Origin: an uncultured Solirubrobacterales bacterium
GTDB taxonomy: Bacteria > Actinomycetota > Thermoleophilia > Solirubrobacterales > 70-9
Reading direction: 5' to 3'
Length of the DNA stretch: 64,000 bases
Assembly: GCA_963744105.1 (NCBI GenBank)
Contig: CAVUSJ010000010.1
Span: 23,878 to 87,877 of the forward strand
The notes below the pieces were generated by a model, which had not been told where the DNA came from, searched no databases, and saw only the letters and a list, made by a program, of their open reading frames with translations. The position numbers and the translations under genes were made by a program. Position 1 is the first letter of the stretch; each line of letters opens with the position of its first letter. Shown piece after piece: positions 43,779 to 53,720 of this stretch.

Positions 43779-46220
43779 TTGAGAGGGAGCTCGAAGCTGG
43801 CAGCGGTGTTCGTCGCGGTGATCTGCCTCGGCGGGCTCGCCTTTGCGTTGCCCGGCGGCGCCGGAGCGGCGAAGGGGAAGGGGAAGGACGTCGTTCCCCT
43901 CGGCACCAGCCAGACGAAGCTCCTGAAGCACGGGCTGCGGGTTCGCCTTCCCGCGAAGCACCCGAAGGGAATGAAGGTCAGGGCGACGTCGAGCACCTTC
44001 GACGACCCCACCCCCGTGCCGCTGACGAAGGTCGGCCGCGCGCGCAAGCACAAGCGGATCGTGCGGCTCCGGCTCACGAAGGCCGGCAAGGCCGCCGTGG
44101 CGAGCTGTGAGGCGCGGACCATCCAGGTCCGAGCGGGCAAGCGGACTGGGAGTGCGGCGCTGGTGCGGAACACGCCTGCCTGCAGCCCAAAGCCGATCGA
44201 CCTGAGCCGCGCGAGCGACTGCGACTTCATCGGCCAGCAGCAGGGCTCGCTCTGTCTGCTGCCTTTTCCCGACGACTACTACACGGTCGCCGACCCCTCG
44301 ACCGCGACCGGCCGCCGGATCGACCTCCACGCGGGCGGGATGCCGAAGAACGCCTCGAGCGTTCCGATCGACCCCTCGTCCTACAACCTGAACGACGGAT
44401 TCAGCCCTGGGGCGGGGATGGTCGTCCGGGTTCCCGGCCTGGACAACCCGGCCGCCTTGGCGCAGACGAACGCCGTCCCGATCAATCACCTCGGCCGCTT
44501 CTCCGAGCCCGATCAGCCCGTCGTGGTCATCGACGCGACGACCGGCCAGCGCTGGCCGATCTGGGTGGAGATTGACTCCAACGCGAGCGGGCCCTCCAGC
44601 ACCGCGCTCGAGATCCACCCGGCGGTGAACTTCGCATCCGGCCATCGCTACGTCGTGGCGATGCGCAACCTGAAGGACTCCGCGGGACAGACGATCCCGG
44701 CCCCGGAGGGCTTCCGCTACTACCGCGATCAGCTCTCCTCGAGCCAGGGCCCGATCAACGCTCAGAGGGCACGGTTCGAGTCGATCTTCAACACCCTCCG
44801 CGGAGCGGGGATCAGGCGATCGAACCTCTACCTGGCCTGGGACTTCACCGTCGCGACCGACGAGAACATCGCGGCCCGGGAGCTCCACATCCGCGATAAC
44901 GCCCTCGCGACGCTCGGCGACACCACCCCGGGCAACGGCACGATGGACGGAAGCGCGCCGTCTTTCACGGTCGGCCCGGTCGATACGAACCCGTCGACCG
45001 ACATCGCCCGCCGGGTGCGCGGCACCTACACCGTCCCCTGTTACCTGTTCCCGAGCTGTGCGGCCGGCGGCTCCTTCAACCTCGGTCCGGACGGGCTGCC
45101 GATCCGCAACGGCGACTGGACCGCGAACTTCGACTGCATCATTCCCCACAGCGCCGTGGACGTCAGCCCGGCGCCGGGTCGGCCGGCCATCTACGGGCAC
45201 GGCCTCTTCGGCAGCGCCTCGGAGGTGTTCAACGCGGACATCCAGCAGCAGCTCGCCAACACCTACGACTTCGTCCTCTGCGCGACTGACGAGATCGGCA
45301 TGTCCAACGGCGACCTGGGCAACACGGCGGGGATCCTCACCGACCTGTCCAAGTTCCCGCAGCTGGCCGACCGCCTCCAGCAGGGGCTGCTCGACGAGAT
45401 CTTCCTCGGCCGGCTGATGGGGATGCCCACCGGCTTCAACAGCGACGTCGCGTTCCACGTCGACGGGAGCACGCTGGGCAGCAACCCGGTGATCGACACC
45501 TCGAACCTCTACTACCAGGGGTCGAGCCAGGGCGGGATCATGGGCGGCGCTCTGACGGCGGTGGACCCCGACTTCACTCGCTCGGTCCTCAACGTCCCGG
45601 CGATGAACTACTCGGTGCTCCTGCCGCGCTCGGTCGACTACGACTCCTTCGCGTTGCTCTTGAACGGCGCCTACACCGATCCGCTCGAGCGGCCCCTGCT
45701 GCTCTCGCTGATCCAGATGCTCTGGGACCGTGGCGAGCCCGACGGCTACGCCCACCGGATGACGAGCAACCCGTTCCCCGGCAACCCGGCGCACAAGGTG
45801 CTGATGAACATCGCGCTCGGCGACCACCAGGTGACCAACTTCCAGTCCGACGTGGAGGCCCGGACGATCGGAGCCTCGACGCACACGCCGATCCTCGACC
45901 CCGGGCGCTGGCCCGACAACGACATCCTCTGGAACGTCCCTGCGATCACGTCCTATCCGTTCGACGGCTCCGCCGCCATCTACGGCGACATCGGACCGAT
46001 CCGCCCGAACCCGAGCCCACCGCCGACCGAGATCGGGGTGTCCCCGCCGCCGTTCACGAACACCCCTAATCGCGCCGGTGAGGACCCGCATGGAGCGCCG
46101 CGCGGCGCGCCGCTGGCGCTGCAGCTGATCTCCGACTTCCTCAAGCCCACGGGCGCGATCACGAACGTCTGCGGCGCGAGCCCCTGCTACGCGGGCGGCT
46201 ACACCGGCCCCGGTCCCTAG
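43779..46220 (+). CDS. large secreted protein with alpha/beta-hydrolase-like C-terminal half
   Basis: TTG start after GAGGAGAGG. Signal peptide 'LAAVFVAVICLGGLAFALPGGAGA'. Nucleophile-elbow-like 'YYQGSSQGGIMGG'. 'ALGDHQVTN' may hold the catalytic His. Function not established. Confidence 0.6.
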   Translation: MRGSSKLAAVFVAVICLGGLAFALPGGAGAAKGKGKDVVPLGTSQTKLLKHGLRVRLPAKHPKGMKVRATSSTFDDPTPVPLTKVGRARKHKRIVRLRLTKAGKAAVASCEARTIQVRAGKRTGSAALVRNTPACSPKPIDLSRASDCDFIGQQQGSLCLLPFPDDYYTVADPSTATGRRIDLHAGGMPKNASSVPIDPSSYNLNDGFSPGAGMVVRVPGLDNPAALAQTNAVPINHLGRFSEPDQPVVVIDATTGQRWPIWVEIDSNASGPSSTALEIHPAVNFASGHRYVVAMRNLKDSAGQTIPAPEGFRYYRDQLSSSQGPINAQRARFESIFNTLRGAGIRRSNLYLAWDFTVATDENIAARELHIRDNALATLGDTTPGNGTMDGSAPSFTVGPVDTNPSTDIARRVRGTYTVPCYLFPSCAAGGSFNLGPDGLPIRNGDWTANFDCIIPHSAVDVSPAPGRPAIYGHGLFGSASEVFNADIQQQLANTYDFVLCATDEIGMSNGDLGNTAGILTDLSKFPQLADRLQQGLLDEIFLGRLMGMPTGFNSDVAFHVDGSTLGSNPVIDTSNLYYQGSSQGGIMGGALTAVDPDFTRSVLNVPAMNYSVLLPRSVDYDSFALLLNGAYTDPLERPLLLSLIQMLWDRGEPDGYAHRMTSNPFPGNPAHKVLMNIALGDHQVTNFQSDVEARTIGASTHTPILDPGRWPDNDILWNVPAITSYPFDGSAAIYGDIGPIRPNPSPPPTEIGVSPPPFTNTPNRAGEDPHGAPRGAPLALQLISDFLKPTGAITNVCGASPCYAGGYTGPGP

Positions 46221-47041
46221 CCGATCGCCCTCTCGATGAATCCGAGGCGGTCAGCGACTCGGGCGTAGATGCTGGCGCCGCCCAGGCCGCACGGGAAGAC
46301 GCCGGCGCTCACGGCCCCGATCAGGCGCGGGCCGTTCGGCGTGTCGGCGACCAGCGGCCCGCCGCTGTCGCCCTCGCAGGATGTGGTCCGGTAGGGGAGC
46401 CGGCTTCGGGTCCGACGGATCCGCTTGCCAAGCGCGCAGATCATCGAGGCCTGTTGGAAGCCCCGCGACTTGCCGTACTCGCGGTCGCATTTGCGCGCCG
46501 GGTAGACGCGCTCCTTGGTGGTCTTGAGCCGGCGGGCGACGTTGAAGCCCCAGGCGCTGCGGGTGCCCCAGCCGGCGGAGCGGACGATGCTGCCCGGCCT
46601 CATCGCCGCCCTGGACTCCGCCTTGGTGGCGAGGACGATCGGCTGGGCGTCGGGCACGCTCGCCAGCGTCAGCACGGAGAAGTCCTGTGAGTCCTTGCGC
46701 CCGTTGTAGGCGGGGTCCACCGCGACCGCGGTCACCTTGATCCGGGGCCTGCGCTGCTTCGGCGTGATCCAGGGGCTGCCCGCGAGGACCGAGAGCTGCT
46801 TGCGCTTGCCGCCCTTCACGCAGTGGGCCGCCGTCAGCACCTTGTCGGGGGCAATCAGCGATCCGCTGCAGATGAAGCGCCGCTTCTGGGTGAGCGCGAC
46901 GGCGAACTGCCAGCCGGCCGCATTGGCCTTGCCGCCGCCGACGATCCGCGGCGAGGTTCCCGCTGCTGCGCCGCCCGCCGTCGCCAGGACGGCGGCGGCG
47001 ATCGCCAGAGCGACGCCCCCTAGACGCCAACGCCGGCTCAC
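46217..47041 (-). CDS. secreted trypsin-like (S1 family) serine protease
   Basis: 'PRIVGGG', 'LTAAHC', 'DFSVLTL', 'CEGDSGGPL' form the catalytic triad contexts. N-terminal signal peptide. Confidence 0.85.
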   Translation of the reverse strand: MSRRWRLGGVALAIAAAVLATAGGAAAGTSPRIVGGGKANAAGWQFAVALTQKRRFICSGSLIAPDKVLTAAHCVKGGKRKQLSVLAGSPWITPKQRRPRIKVTAVAVDPAYNGRKDSQDFSVLTLASVPDAQPIVLATKAESRAAMRPGSIVRSAGWGTRSAWGFNVARRLKTTKERVYPARKCDREYGKSRGFQQASMICALGKRIRRTRSRLPYRTTSCEGDSGGPLVADTPNGPRLIGAVSAGVFPCGLGGASIYARVADRLGFIERAIG

Positions 47042-47047
47042 CGCGAG

Positions 47048-47917
47048 TTACGCCTCCTGGAGCGCCCGATATCGCTCGCGCATGAAGTCGAGGGCGGCCT
47101 TGCGGTGGTCCTCCGCCGCGAGCAGCTCCGAGTAGGTCAGCTCGGCCCCCGTGAAGCCCGTTGCGTTCCAGAGCTCCCCGGAGACGTCGGCCGTCCAGGG
47201 CCCGACGTAGAGGTAGGGCTCCTTGTGGTCGTCGTCGCCGGGCGAGGCGCCGAAGTTCGCGCGTGTCCCGCCCGCCTCGGAGCCCAGCTCGATGGCGAGG
47301 TCGAAGTGCTCGGGCCAGAGCTGGACCAGCGAGGGATCCCCATCCGTCTCGTCGGCCCGGAGCTGCTCGAGCACCGAGCAGGCCAGGCCGTAGAACTCCC
47401 CGAGCGCCGTCGCGGCGGCGCGGTCCACGTCCGGGAGCGGCTCGCGGGTCTCCTCCTTGCCCCGCTGGCGCACGAGCTCGCCGTGCTCGACCCGGACCTG
47501 GCAGTCGGCGCCGCCCTGCTCGAAGAAGGGGGTGCCGAACCCGCCCCGCGTGTAGCGCAGGGCGATCTCGTTCGAGGGCATGCGAGCCGGCGCGACGACC
47601 GCCTCGGCGACCTTGTGAAGCGCGATTCGCGTCTCGGCGAACGAAGCCGGGAGCGGCTCGAGGCGCTTCCAGGCGCCCAGCCAGCGATCGGCGATCCAGG
47701 GAGCGAGCTCCGGCTCCTCTCGAGCGATGTCGTCCCAGGTGAGATCTCCCCGGTTGTGGACCGGTGAGACCAGGTCACGCCCCTCCGGCACCTCCCCCGG
47801 CTCGACCGGGTCGTCGGCGAAGGGAGGCTCGGTGACGGCGGGCGGCGACGGCTCCAGCACGCGAGCCTCGTAGTCGCCGCCGAGCTTGTCCTCGGCCTCT
47901 GCTCTCGGATGAGCCAC
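47048..47917 (-). CDS. hypothetical protein
   Basis: Protein-like text begins at GTG 47917 ('VAHPRAEAEDKLGG'); upstream, the track ORF is Arg/Gly noise. Acidic and probably cytoplasmic. No family recognised. Confidence 0.5.
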   Translation of the reverse strand: MAHPRAEAEDKLGGDYEARVLEPSPPAVTEPPFADDPVEPGEVPEGRDLVSPVHNRGDLTWDDIAREEPELAPWIADRWLGAWKRLEPLPASFAETRIALHKVAEAVVAPARMPSNEIALRYTRGGFGTPFFEQGGADCQVRVEHGELVRQRGKEETREPLPDVDRAAATALGEFYGLACSVLEQLRADETDGDPSLVQLWPEHFDLAIELGSEAGGTRANFGASPGDDDHKEPYLYVGPWTADVSGELWNATGFTGAELTYSELLAAEDHRKAALDFMRERYRALQEA

Positions 47918-47956
47918 CGGTTGCAACCCTAGTCCGTGCCTGCGTACGCTGCGGAT

Positions 47957-48961
47957 ATGGCTCGATGGAGCGTGCGGCTGTCCGCCTTCCTCGCACTGCT
48001 GCTTGCATCCTGCGGAGCCGACGCCGCCCCCGCCGAGCAGGTCTCCTGGGCCTCGTTTCAGCCGGCGCCCGGCGTGATCGACATCGCGGGGCCGCGCAGC
48101 GACGGGCGGCTCGTCGTCGCGATGGGCGGCGGGCTCCAGCTGTTCGGCGGCGCCGGGCTCACGCCGTTCACGGCGCAGACCGGAGCGGGGGCATACGTCC
48201 CGGCCGTAGGCGAGTCCTACATCGCGCTGACGCCGAGAGTCCGGCTGCGAAAGGCGGGTTGCTCGTTCCACCGGGACGACGTCTTCGCGATCGCCAATCC
48301 CGGGGCCATCGTCCGGATCAGCCGGTCGGGCTCCGCCTCGAGCTTCGCGAAGACCCCGAGCCAGTTCCTCTCCGCGATCGCCTTCGACCGGGTCGGCGCC
48401 TTCGGCCACCGCCTGCTCGCGGTCGCCACGGCCAACGGCCAGAGCACCCTCTACGCCATCGACTGCCGGGGCCGGGTCCGCACCCTCGCCGATCACGGGC
48501 CGCTGGTCGAGGGCGGGATCGAGGTGGCGCCCCGGAGCTTTGGGCGCTTCGCCGGCCGCCTGATCGGCGCCGACGAGACCCACGGCCCGATCTACGCCTT
48601 CAAGCCGAACGGCACAGCGTCGGTCGTCGCGACCCCTGCCCTGGCGACGGGCGGCGACATCGGCGTCGAGTCAGTGGGGTTCGTCCCCCGCCTGCGGACG
48701 AACGGCGCCGCCTTCCTCGCGGACCGAGGCGGCCAGGCCGCGCCGCATCAGGGCACGGACTCGATCCTGCGCCTGACGGCGGCACAGCTCCGGTCAGCGG
48801 GCGTAGCCGCGGGAGACTTGCTGGTCGCCACCGAGGGCGGGGCCGAGACGGTGGCCGTCCGCTGCCGCAAGGGCAAGGGCTGCGCTGACCTGCCGGTCGG
48901 CCCCGGCCCGTCGATCGCCCACGCCGAGGGACACATCGCGTTCCTCGGGATTCGCCACTAG
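47957..48961 (+). CDS. putative lipoprotein
   Basis: 'MARWSVRLSAFLALLLASCG' lipobox. Gly/Ala-rich, beta-rich-looking body. No family recognised. Confidence 0.6.
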   Translation: MARWSVRLSAFLALLLASCGADAAPAEQVSWASFQPAPGVIDIAGPRSDGRLVVAMGGGLQLFGGAGLTPFTAQTGAGAYVPAVGESYIALTPRVRLRKAGCSFHRDDVFAIANPGAIVRISRSGSASSFAKTPSQFLSAIAFDRVGAFGHRLLAVATANGQSTLYAIDCRGRVRTLADHGPLVEGGIEVAPRSFGRFAGRLIGADETHGPIYAFKPNGTASVVATPALATGGDIGVESVGFVPRLRTNGAAFLADRGGQAAPHQGTDSILRLTAAQLRSAGVAAGDLLVATEGGAETVAVRCRKGKGCADLPVGPGPSIAHAEGHIAFLGIRH

Positions 48962-50209
48962 CTAGAGCCGGACGAGGTTCGCCGCCTCGATCCCGCGGGT
49001 CACTCCGCGGAAGTCGAGGACCAGCGCTGACTCATCGACCAGGCGCTGGTAGTCGATCGACGGGTGCGCGGTGACGATGCAGACCAGGTCCGCGGCCGCC
49101 AGCGACTCGTCGAGGTCCGCCGAGGCGAGCTCCAGGTCAGGCAGCTCGGCGACGTGGGGGTCGTGGTAGCTGACGTCCGCGCCGAGATCCCGCAGCAGGC
49201 GAATGATCTTGAGCGCCGGCGACTCGCGGATGTCGCCGACCCCGGCCTTGTAGGAGACGCCGAGGAGGACGATCTTCGCGTCCTTGGTGGCCTTGCCGAC
49301 GTCGTTGAGGGCGCGCTCGATCCGGCGGACGCACCAGAGCGGCTGGTTCTGGTTGATCTTCCCCGCCAGCTCGATGAACTCGGTGTAGAAGTCGTGCTCG
49401 CGGGCCTTGTAGGAGAGGTAGAAGGGGTCCACCGGCAGGCAGTGGCCGCCCATGCCGGGGCCCGGGTCGAAGCGCATGAAGCCAAAGGGCTTCGATGCGG
49501 CGGCGTCGATGACCTCCCAGACGTCGATCCCGAGGCGCTCGCAGAGCATCGCCATCTCGTTGACGAGCGCGATGTTGACCGACCGGAAGATGTTCTCGAG
49601 GAGCTTGGTGAGCTCGGCCGCGTCCGGATTGCTCACCTCGATCACCTCGTCGCAGACCAGCGAGTAGAGCTCGACGGCGCGCTTCGTCGACTCCTCGTTG
49701 ACTCCGCCAACCACCTTCGGCGTGGTCCGGATCGTGTAGTCGGTCCGGCCCGGGTCGATCCGCTCCGGCGAGAAGGCGAGGTGGAAGTCCTTGCCGGCGG
49801 AGAGCCCCGACTCCTCGAGGATCGGGCGCAGCCGCTCGCGGGTCGTGCCCGGGTAGGTCGTCGACTCGAGCACGATCAGCTGGCCCTTCCGCAGGATGGC
49901 GGCGAGCGAGGTCGCGGCGTCCACCATGTAGCTCAGGTCCGGCTCGCGGGAGTTGGTGAGCGGAGTCGGGACGCAGATGATCACCGCGTCGCAGGCGCTC
50001 AGGTCCGGGTAGCGGCTGGTGGCGGTGAGGCGCTCGCCGAGGGCGGCGAGGGTCTCGGACGGCACGTCCTCGATGTAGCTGCGGCCCTCCGACAGGGCGT
50101 CGACCTTGCGCGGGTCGGCGTCCAGGCCCACCACATCGTGGCCCTCCTCGGCGAAGGCCACGGCGAGCGGAAGCCCGACATATCCGAGTCCGACGACTCC
50201 GATCTTCAT
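48962..50209 (-). CDS. nucleotide-sugar dehydrogenase (UDP-glucose/GDP-mannose/UDP-ManNAc dehydrogenase family)
   Basis: 'MKIGVVGLGYVGLPLAVAFA', 'GPGMGGHCLPVDP' (catalytic Cys), 'VLLGVSYKAGVGDIRESPA'. Confidence 0.88.
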   Translation of the reverse strand: MKIGVVGLGYVGLPLAVAFAEEGHDVVGLDADPRKVDALSEGRSYIEDVPSETLAALGERLTATSRYPDLSACDAVIICVPTPLTNSREPDLSYMVDAATSLAAILRKGQLIVLESTTYPGTTRERLRPILEESGLSAGKDFHLAFSPERIDPGRTDYTIRTTPKVVGGVNEESTKRAVELYSLVCDEVIEVSNPDAAELTKLLENIFRSVNIALVNEMAMLCERLGIDVWEVIDAAASKPFGFMRFDPGPGMGGHCLPVDPFYLSYKAREHDFYTEFIELAGKINQNQPLWCVRRIERALNDVGKATKDAKIVLLGVSYKAGVGDIRESPALKIIRLLRDLGADVSYHDPHVAELPDLELASADLDESLAAADLVCIVTAHPSIDYQRLVDESALVLDFRGVTRGIEAANLVRL

Positions 50210-50231
50210 GCGGGCAATGGTAGGGAGCCGG

Positions 50232-52685
50232 CTACTTGCCGCTGGATGCCTTCTTGCCCTGCGACTTGGGCTGGCCGTGCTGGGACTCGGCCTGGGTCTG
50301 CTGCTTGGTCTGGGTGAGCTGGTTGACGCCGATCAGGTGGTCGACGAAGAGCTTGCACGCCTTGGCCGTCGGCACGAGCTTGAAGCCGTTGGGGTTCACC
50401 GCCGTCAGGTTGCCGATCACGGCGGGAGCGTCGACGCCGATCAGCGACTGGAACCAGTTGACGTTGTCCGCCGTCACGCTGACGGTGACCGGGCCGCCCT
50501 GGCTGGTCACGTCGCCCACCGGCCAGTAGGGGCCCTGGTCGGGGCGATAGGGGATGGCGGCATCGACGCCCGCGGGCAGGTGGACGTCGAGCCCCGGCGC
50601 CCTGACGGTCACGCCGGTCACCGGGCTGACGTACTGCAGCGAGAGCTCCCACCTGCCGGGCGGCAGGGTGATCGTCTGGCTGGCGGTCTGGCCGGGCGAG
50701 AGCTGGTTGTCGATCGGGGCGCTCTTCGCGGCCGCCACGCCTCCCTCGCCCAGGGAACCGGCGTGACCGCCCGCCTTCCAGTAGAGCCGCTTGGCGATCA
50801 CGCTGCGCGGCTGCCAGGTCAGCGCCTCGCCGCCCGCCCGCGCGAACGGCGCGAGCTTCGGCCGGTTGCAGCGGAGGACGCGGCCGGGCCGGGCCTCCTC
50901 GTAGAGGTTCGCGATCGGCGGGGTGGTCCCGGCCCGCTTCCAGAGCCTGTACGACTTGGTCGAGTCGACCAGCGTCCAGCCGGGCGGGGCCTGGCTCTGG
51001 TAGATCGCGCTGGTGGTGACGGCGTAGGGGAAGTCGTTGAGGACCTTGGTGGGCACCGAGTCGAAGTCGATCGGCAGGCGCTGGCTCTTCGTCACGGCCG
51101 ACGGAGTCCGGAGCTCCGCGTTGAAGGCGGGACTCCAGACCTGGGCGGTCCGCAGCCCGTAGTCGGTGAAGCGGTCGCTTGTCAGCGCCAGGACCTTCTG
51201 GCCGTTGACCTCGCCCTGGAACGCGCTCAGCTCCTGGAGGCGGTCGTGTGGCGCCACGACGGTGTCGCGCAGGGCGAGGAAGGTGGAGTAGCCGGCCAGC
51301 GCGACGAAAACGACCGCGAAGATCCGCTTGGGCCAGCCGCCGCCCTTGGAGAAAAGGGCGGTGACGACGAGCAGCATCACCACCGAGGCCGGGACCACCA
51401 CGGCCTTGGCGAGGATGTAGAGGCCGCCGTTCTCGACGTATTTGGTCCCCAGGTAGATGATGAGACCGGAGGCCACCGCAGCGGGGACCGCATAGTCGCG
51501 CTTGGCCATCCACCAGACGAGGCCGACGCTCACGGCGGCGATCCCGATCAGCCCGAAGATCCAGAAATGGGTTACGTCGTGGGTGCCGAGGAGCCAGCTG
51601 CCGCTCGGCCAGACACCCAGGGTCTCCAGCGGCGAGACGACGTAGCGCAGCTTGCTGTTCGTGTCGACGACGTTGCCGATCGACCCGGAGTGGATGAAGT
51701 CGAGCACCTTGGGGAGCTGGGTGAGCGCGACGAGCACGAGTACGATCGCCGCGGGAATCAGGATGTGCAGGGAATCGCGCACAGCCGCGCGGACCTTCTC
51801 CACGCCGCCCCGCCGGTCGATCACAGCCAGCTGCGCGAGGATCCAGATGCCCGCGGTGACGGCGAGCCAGGCCACGCCGGGCAGGCTGTAGACGGGGATC
51901 ATCGCCGCGGTGATCAGCGCCAGCCCGATCAGGATCGCGATGCGGCCCTCGGATTCCTGCTCGACCTCGCGTAAGCCGAGGGCGAAGGCGATCAGGAACA
52001 TCCCGGCGATCAGCTCCTTGAAGCCGGCGATGCCGAGGACCGAGGCGGAGAGGTAGGCGAACGCGACGAGCAGGGCGGCGAGCAGGCGCCGGCCGCCGGG
52101 CATCTCCCGCAGGACGCCCAGCGTGGTGATGGCGGTCAGAACCGGCACCGCGACCAGCAGCCCGAGCCAGCCCCAGAGCGGCTGCGTCCCGAGCACGCTG
52201 ACGACGGTCGCGACCAGGCTGTGCGGGCCGAGCGGGTAGCCGTTGATCACGCTCTGCGGCGTCGCCCGGCTCTGGTCGACGAGGTAGTCGACGTCGACCA
52301 GGTGCATGGCCATGTCGTTGTTGAGGCCGACGCCGGGGATGCCGATGTGCCCGCTCGCGATGAAGGGGAACGAGGCGAGCAGCAGGGAGACCAGCGCGAC
52401 CGGGATCGCGAGGCCGACGGCAGGCCCCAGCATCGACTCCGAGCGCACCAGCAGGAAGACGATCGAGGCGACGACCAGGATCGCGCAGCAGGCGATTGAG
52501 GTCGCCTGGTCGCCAGGCAAGCGGATCGCGACGCTGCAGACCAGGATCACGGTGGCAAAGCCGACCGCGCCCTCCAGGAAGGATGCGTGCCTGCGGCCCA
52601 GCGCGAGCATGATCGCCCGGCCGACCAGCAGGGATGCGAGCAGGATGATCCCCGCAGAGACGTAGGTTCCAGCGAAGGCGCCCAC
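50232..52685 (-). CDS. 817-aa polytopic membrane protein with large C-terminal extracytoplasmic domain (GT-C-like glycosyltransferase/polymerase candidate)
   Basis: More than 12 hydrophobic segments across the first ~470 aa, then a ~340-aa soluble region and a Gln/Lys-rich tail. Lies 22 nt from both flanking genes on the same strand. Family not recognised; function inferred from context only. Confidence 0.55.
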   Translation of the reverse strand: MGAFAGTYVSAGIILLASLLVGRAIMLALGRRHASFLEGAVGFATVILVCSVAIRLPGDQATSIACCAILVVASIVFLLVRSESMLGPAVGLAIPVALVSLLLASFPFIASGHIGIPGVGLNNDMAMHLVDVDYLVDQSRATPQSVINGYPLGPHSLVATVVSVLGTQPLWGWLGLLVAVPVLTAITTLGVLREMPGGRRLLAALLVAFAYLSASVLGIAGFKELIAGMFLIAFALGLREVEQESEGRIAILIGLALITAAMIPVYSLPGVAWLAVTAGIWILAQLAVIDRRGGVEKVRAAVRDSLHILIPAAIVLVLVALTQLPKVLDFIHSGSIGNVVDTNSKLRYVVSPLETLGVWPSGSWLLGTHDVTHFWIFGLIGIAAVSVGLVWWMAKRDYAVPAAVASGLIIYLGTKYVENGGLYILAKAVVVPASVVMLLVVTALFSKGGGWPKRIFAVVFVALAGYSTFLALRDTVVAPHDRLQELSAFQGEVNGQKVLALTSDRFTDYGLRTAQVWSPAFNAELRTPSAVTKSQRLPIDFDSVPTKVLNDFPYAVTTSAIYQSQAPPGWTLVDSTKSYRLWKRAGTTPPIANLYEEARPGRVLRCNRPKLAPFARAGGEALTWQPRSVIAKRLYWKAGGHAGSLGEGGVAAAKSAPIDNQLSPGQTASQTITLPPGRWELSLQYVSPVTGVTVRAPGLDVHLPAGVDAAIPYRPDQGPYWPVGDVTSQGGPVTVSVTADNVNWFQSLIGVDAPAVIGNLTAVNPNGFKLVPTAKACKLFVDHLIGVNQLTQTKQQTQAESQHGQPKSQGKKASSGK

Positions 52686-52706
52686 GAGAGGCGAAAAGGG
52701 TACTGG

Positions 52707-53720
52707 TCAGGCCCCGATGCGGTCCCTGGTCGACTCCCCGCTCTCGCGCCCGAGCGTCAGGAACTGGTCGAGCGGATAGCCCCAGCGCAGACCGTGCAGG
52801 AGCTCCCGGTCGGACCGCCGCCGGACCGAGTCGACCCGCTCGCGGCGGGCGCGGATCTGCGCCCGGTTCGCGCGCACCCAGCCGTAGCTCCGGCACTTGG
52901 CTCGCAGGAACTTCGGCCCGCGCAGCAGGCAGTAGCCCCACATCATCAGCTCGCTCAGCAGGAGCAGCGGCGAGATCGCCAGGCGGGTGCCGAGCCGGAG
53001 GTCCGAGAGCAGCATCTTCCAGCGGTTGCGCTCGAGCAGGAACAGCTTGTGGGGGAACATCGAGAGGTGGTAGTCGTGCTTCACGGTCGAGCCCGGCACG
53101 CACCAGATCTCGCGTCCGGCGATCCGCAGCAGCCAGGAGAGCTCGACGTCCTCGAAGTAGAGGAACCCGCTCTCATCCCAGCCTCCGATCTGCTCGAGAA
53201 GCTCCCGGCGGATCACGAACGCGGCGCCGTGCAGCCCCGTGACCTGGAAGGGCTCCTCACCGGCGATCTCCCGAGGCTTGTCGAGCCAGCGGTTGAAGCC
53301 GAGCCCGGTCTTGTTCAGGTTCTGGCCCGCGGCCATGATGCGCGAGTCATCCGACTCGAGCACGATCAGGGGACACGCCACCCCGGCCTCCGGCCTGGCC
53401 TCCAGCAGCGAGACGAGCGGATCGAGCCAGCCAGGGCTCACGGTGACGTCCATGTTCAGCACCGCAAGGTGGTCGCCGTGCGCCTCGGGAAGCGCGACGT
53501 TGACCGCTCCCGCGTAGCCGCGATTGGTGGGCGAGCGGATCAGCCGCACGCGACCGTCCTCGGCGGCCAGCCGCTCCGCGACCTCGGCGCTGTCGTCGGA
53601 GGAGGCGTTGTCCACCACGACGATCTCCGTCTCCGTGCCGCCCGTGTCCTCCAGCAGCGCCCGCAGGCAGTCCTCGAGGACCCCGGCGCCGTTGTAGTTG
53701 ACGACTACGACCGAGACCAG
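52707..53720 (-). CDS. family 2 glycosyltransferase (start codon unresolved)
   Basis: The track ORF starts at GTG 53618, but the same frame continues upstream as 'LVSVVVVNYNGAGVLEDCLRALLEDTGGTETEIVVVDNASSD' (canonical GT2 N-terminus) with no ATG/GTG/TTG. CTG at 53720 is the only start-like codon. 'YFEDVELSWR-like' DxD/ED region present. Confidence 0.65.
   Translation of the reverse strand: MVSVVVVNYNGAGVLEDCLRALLEDTGGTETEIVVVDNASSDDSAEVAERLAAEDGRVRLIRSPTNRGYAGAVNVALPEAHGDHLAVLNMDVTVSPGWLDPLVSLLEARPEAGVACPLIVLESDDSRIMAAGQNLNKTGLGFNRWLDKPREIAGEEPFQVTGLHGAAFVIRRELLEQIGGWDESGFLYFEDVELSWLLRIAGREIWCVPGSTVKHDYHLSMFPHKLFLLERNRWKMLLSDLRLGTRLAISPLLLLSELMMWGYCLLRGPKFLRAKCRSYGWVRANRAQIRARRERVDSVRRRSDRELLHGLRWGYPLDQFLTLGRESGESTRDRIGA

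Noticed and set aside
43683-46091. The upstream 800 codons of the 944-aa ORF that ends as the HNH gene.
   Set aside because: Only the last 141 codons look like protein. The rest is antisense to the well-supported secreted hydrolase gene 43779..46220.
43119-46220. Intact integrative element or prophage at tRNA-Thr.
   Set aside because: I found no integrase, excisionase or phage genes, and no downstream copy of the tRNA 3' end in the window. Only the HNH gene looks foreign.
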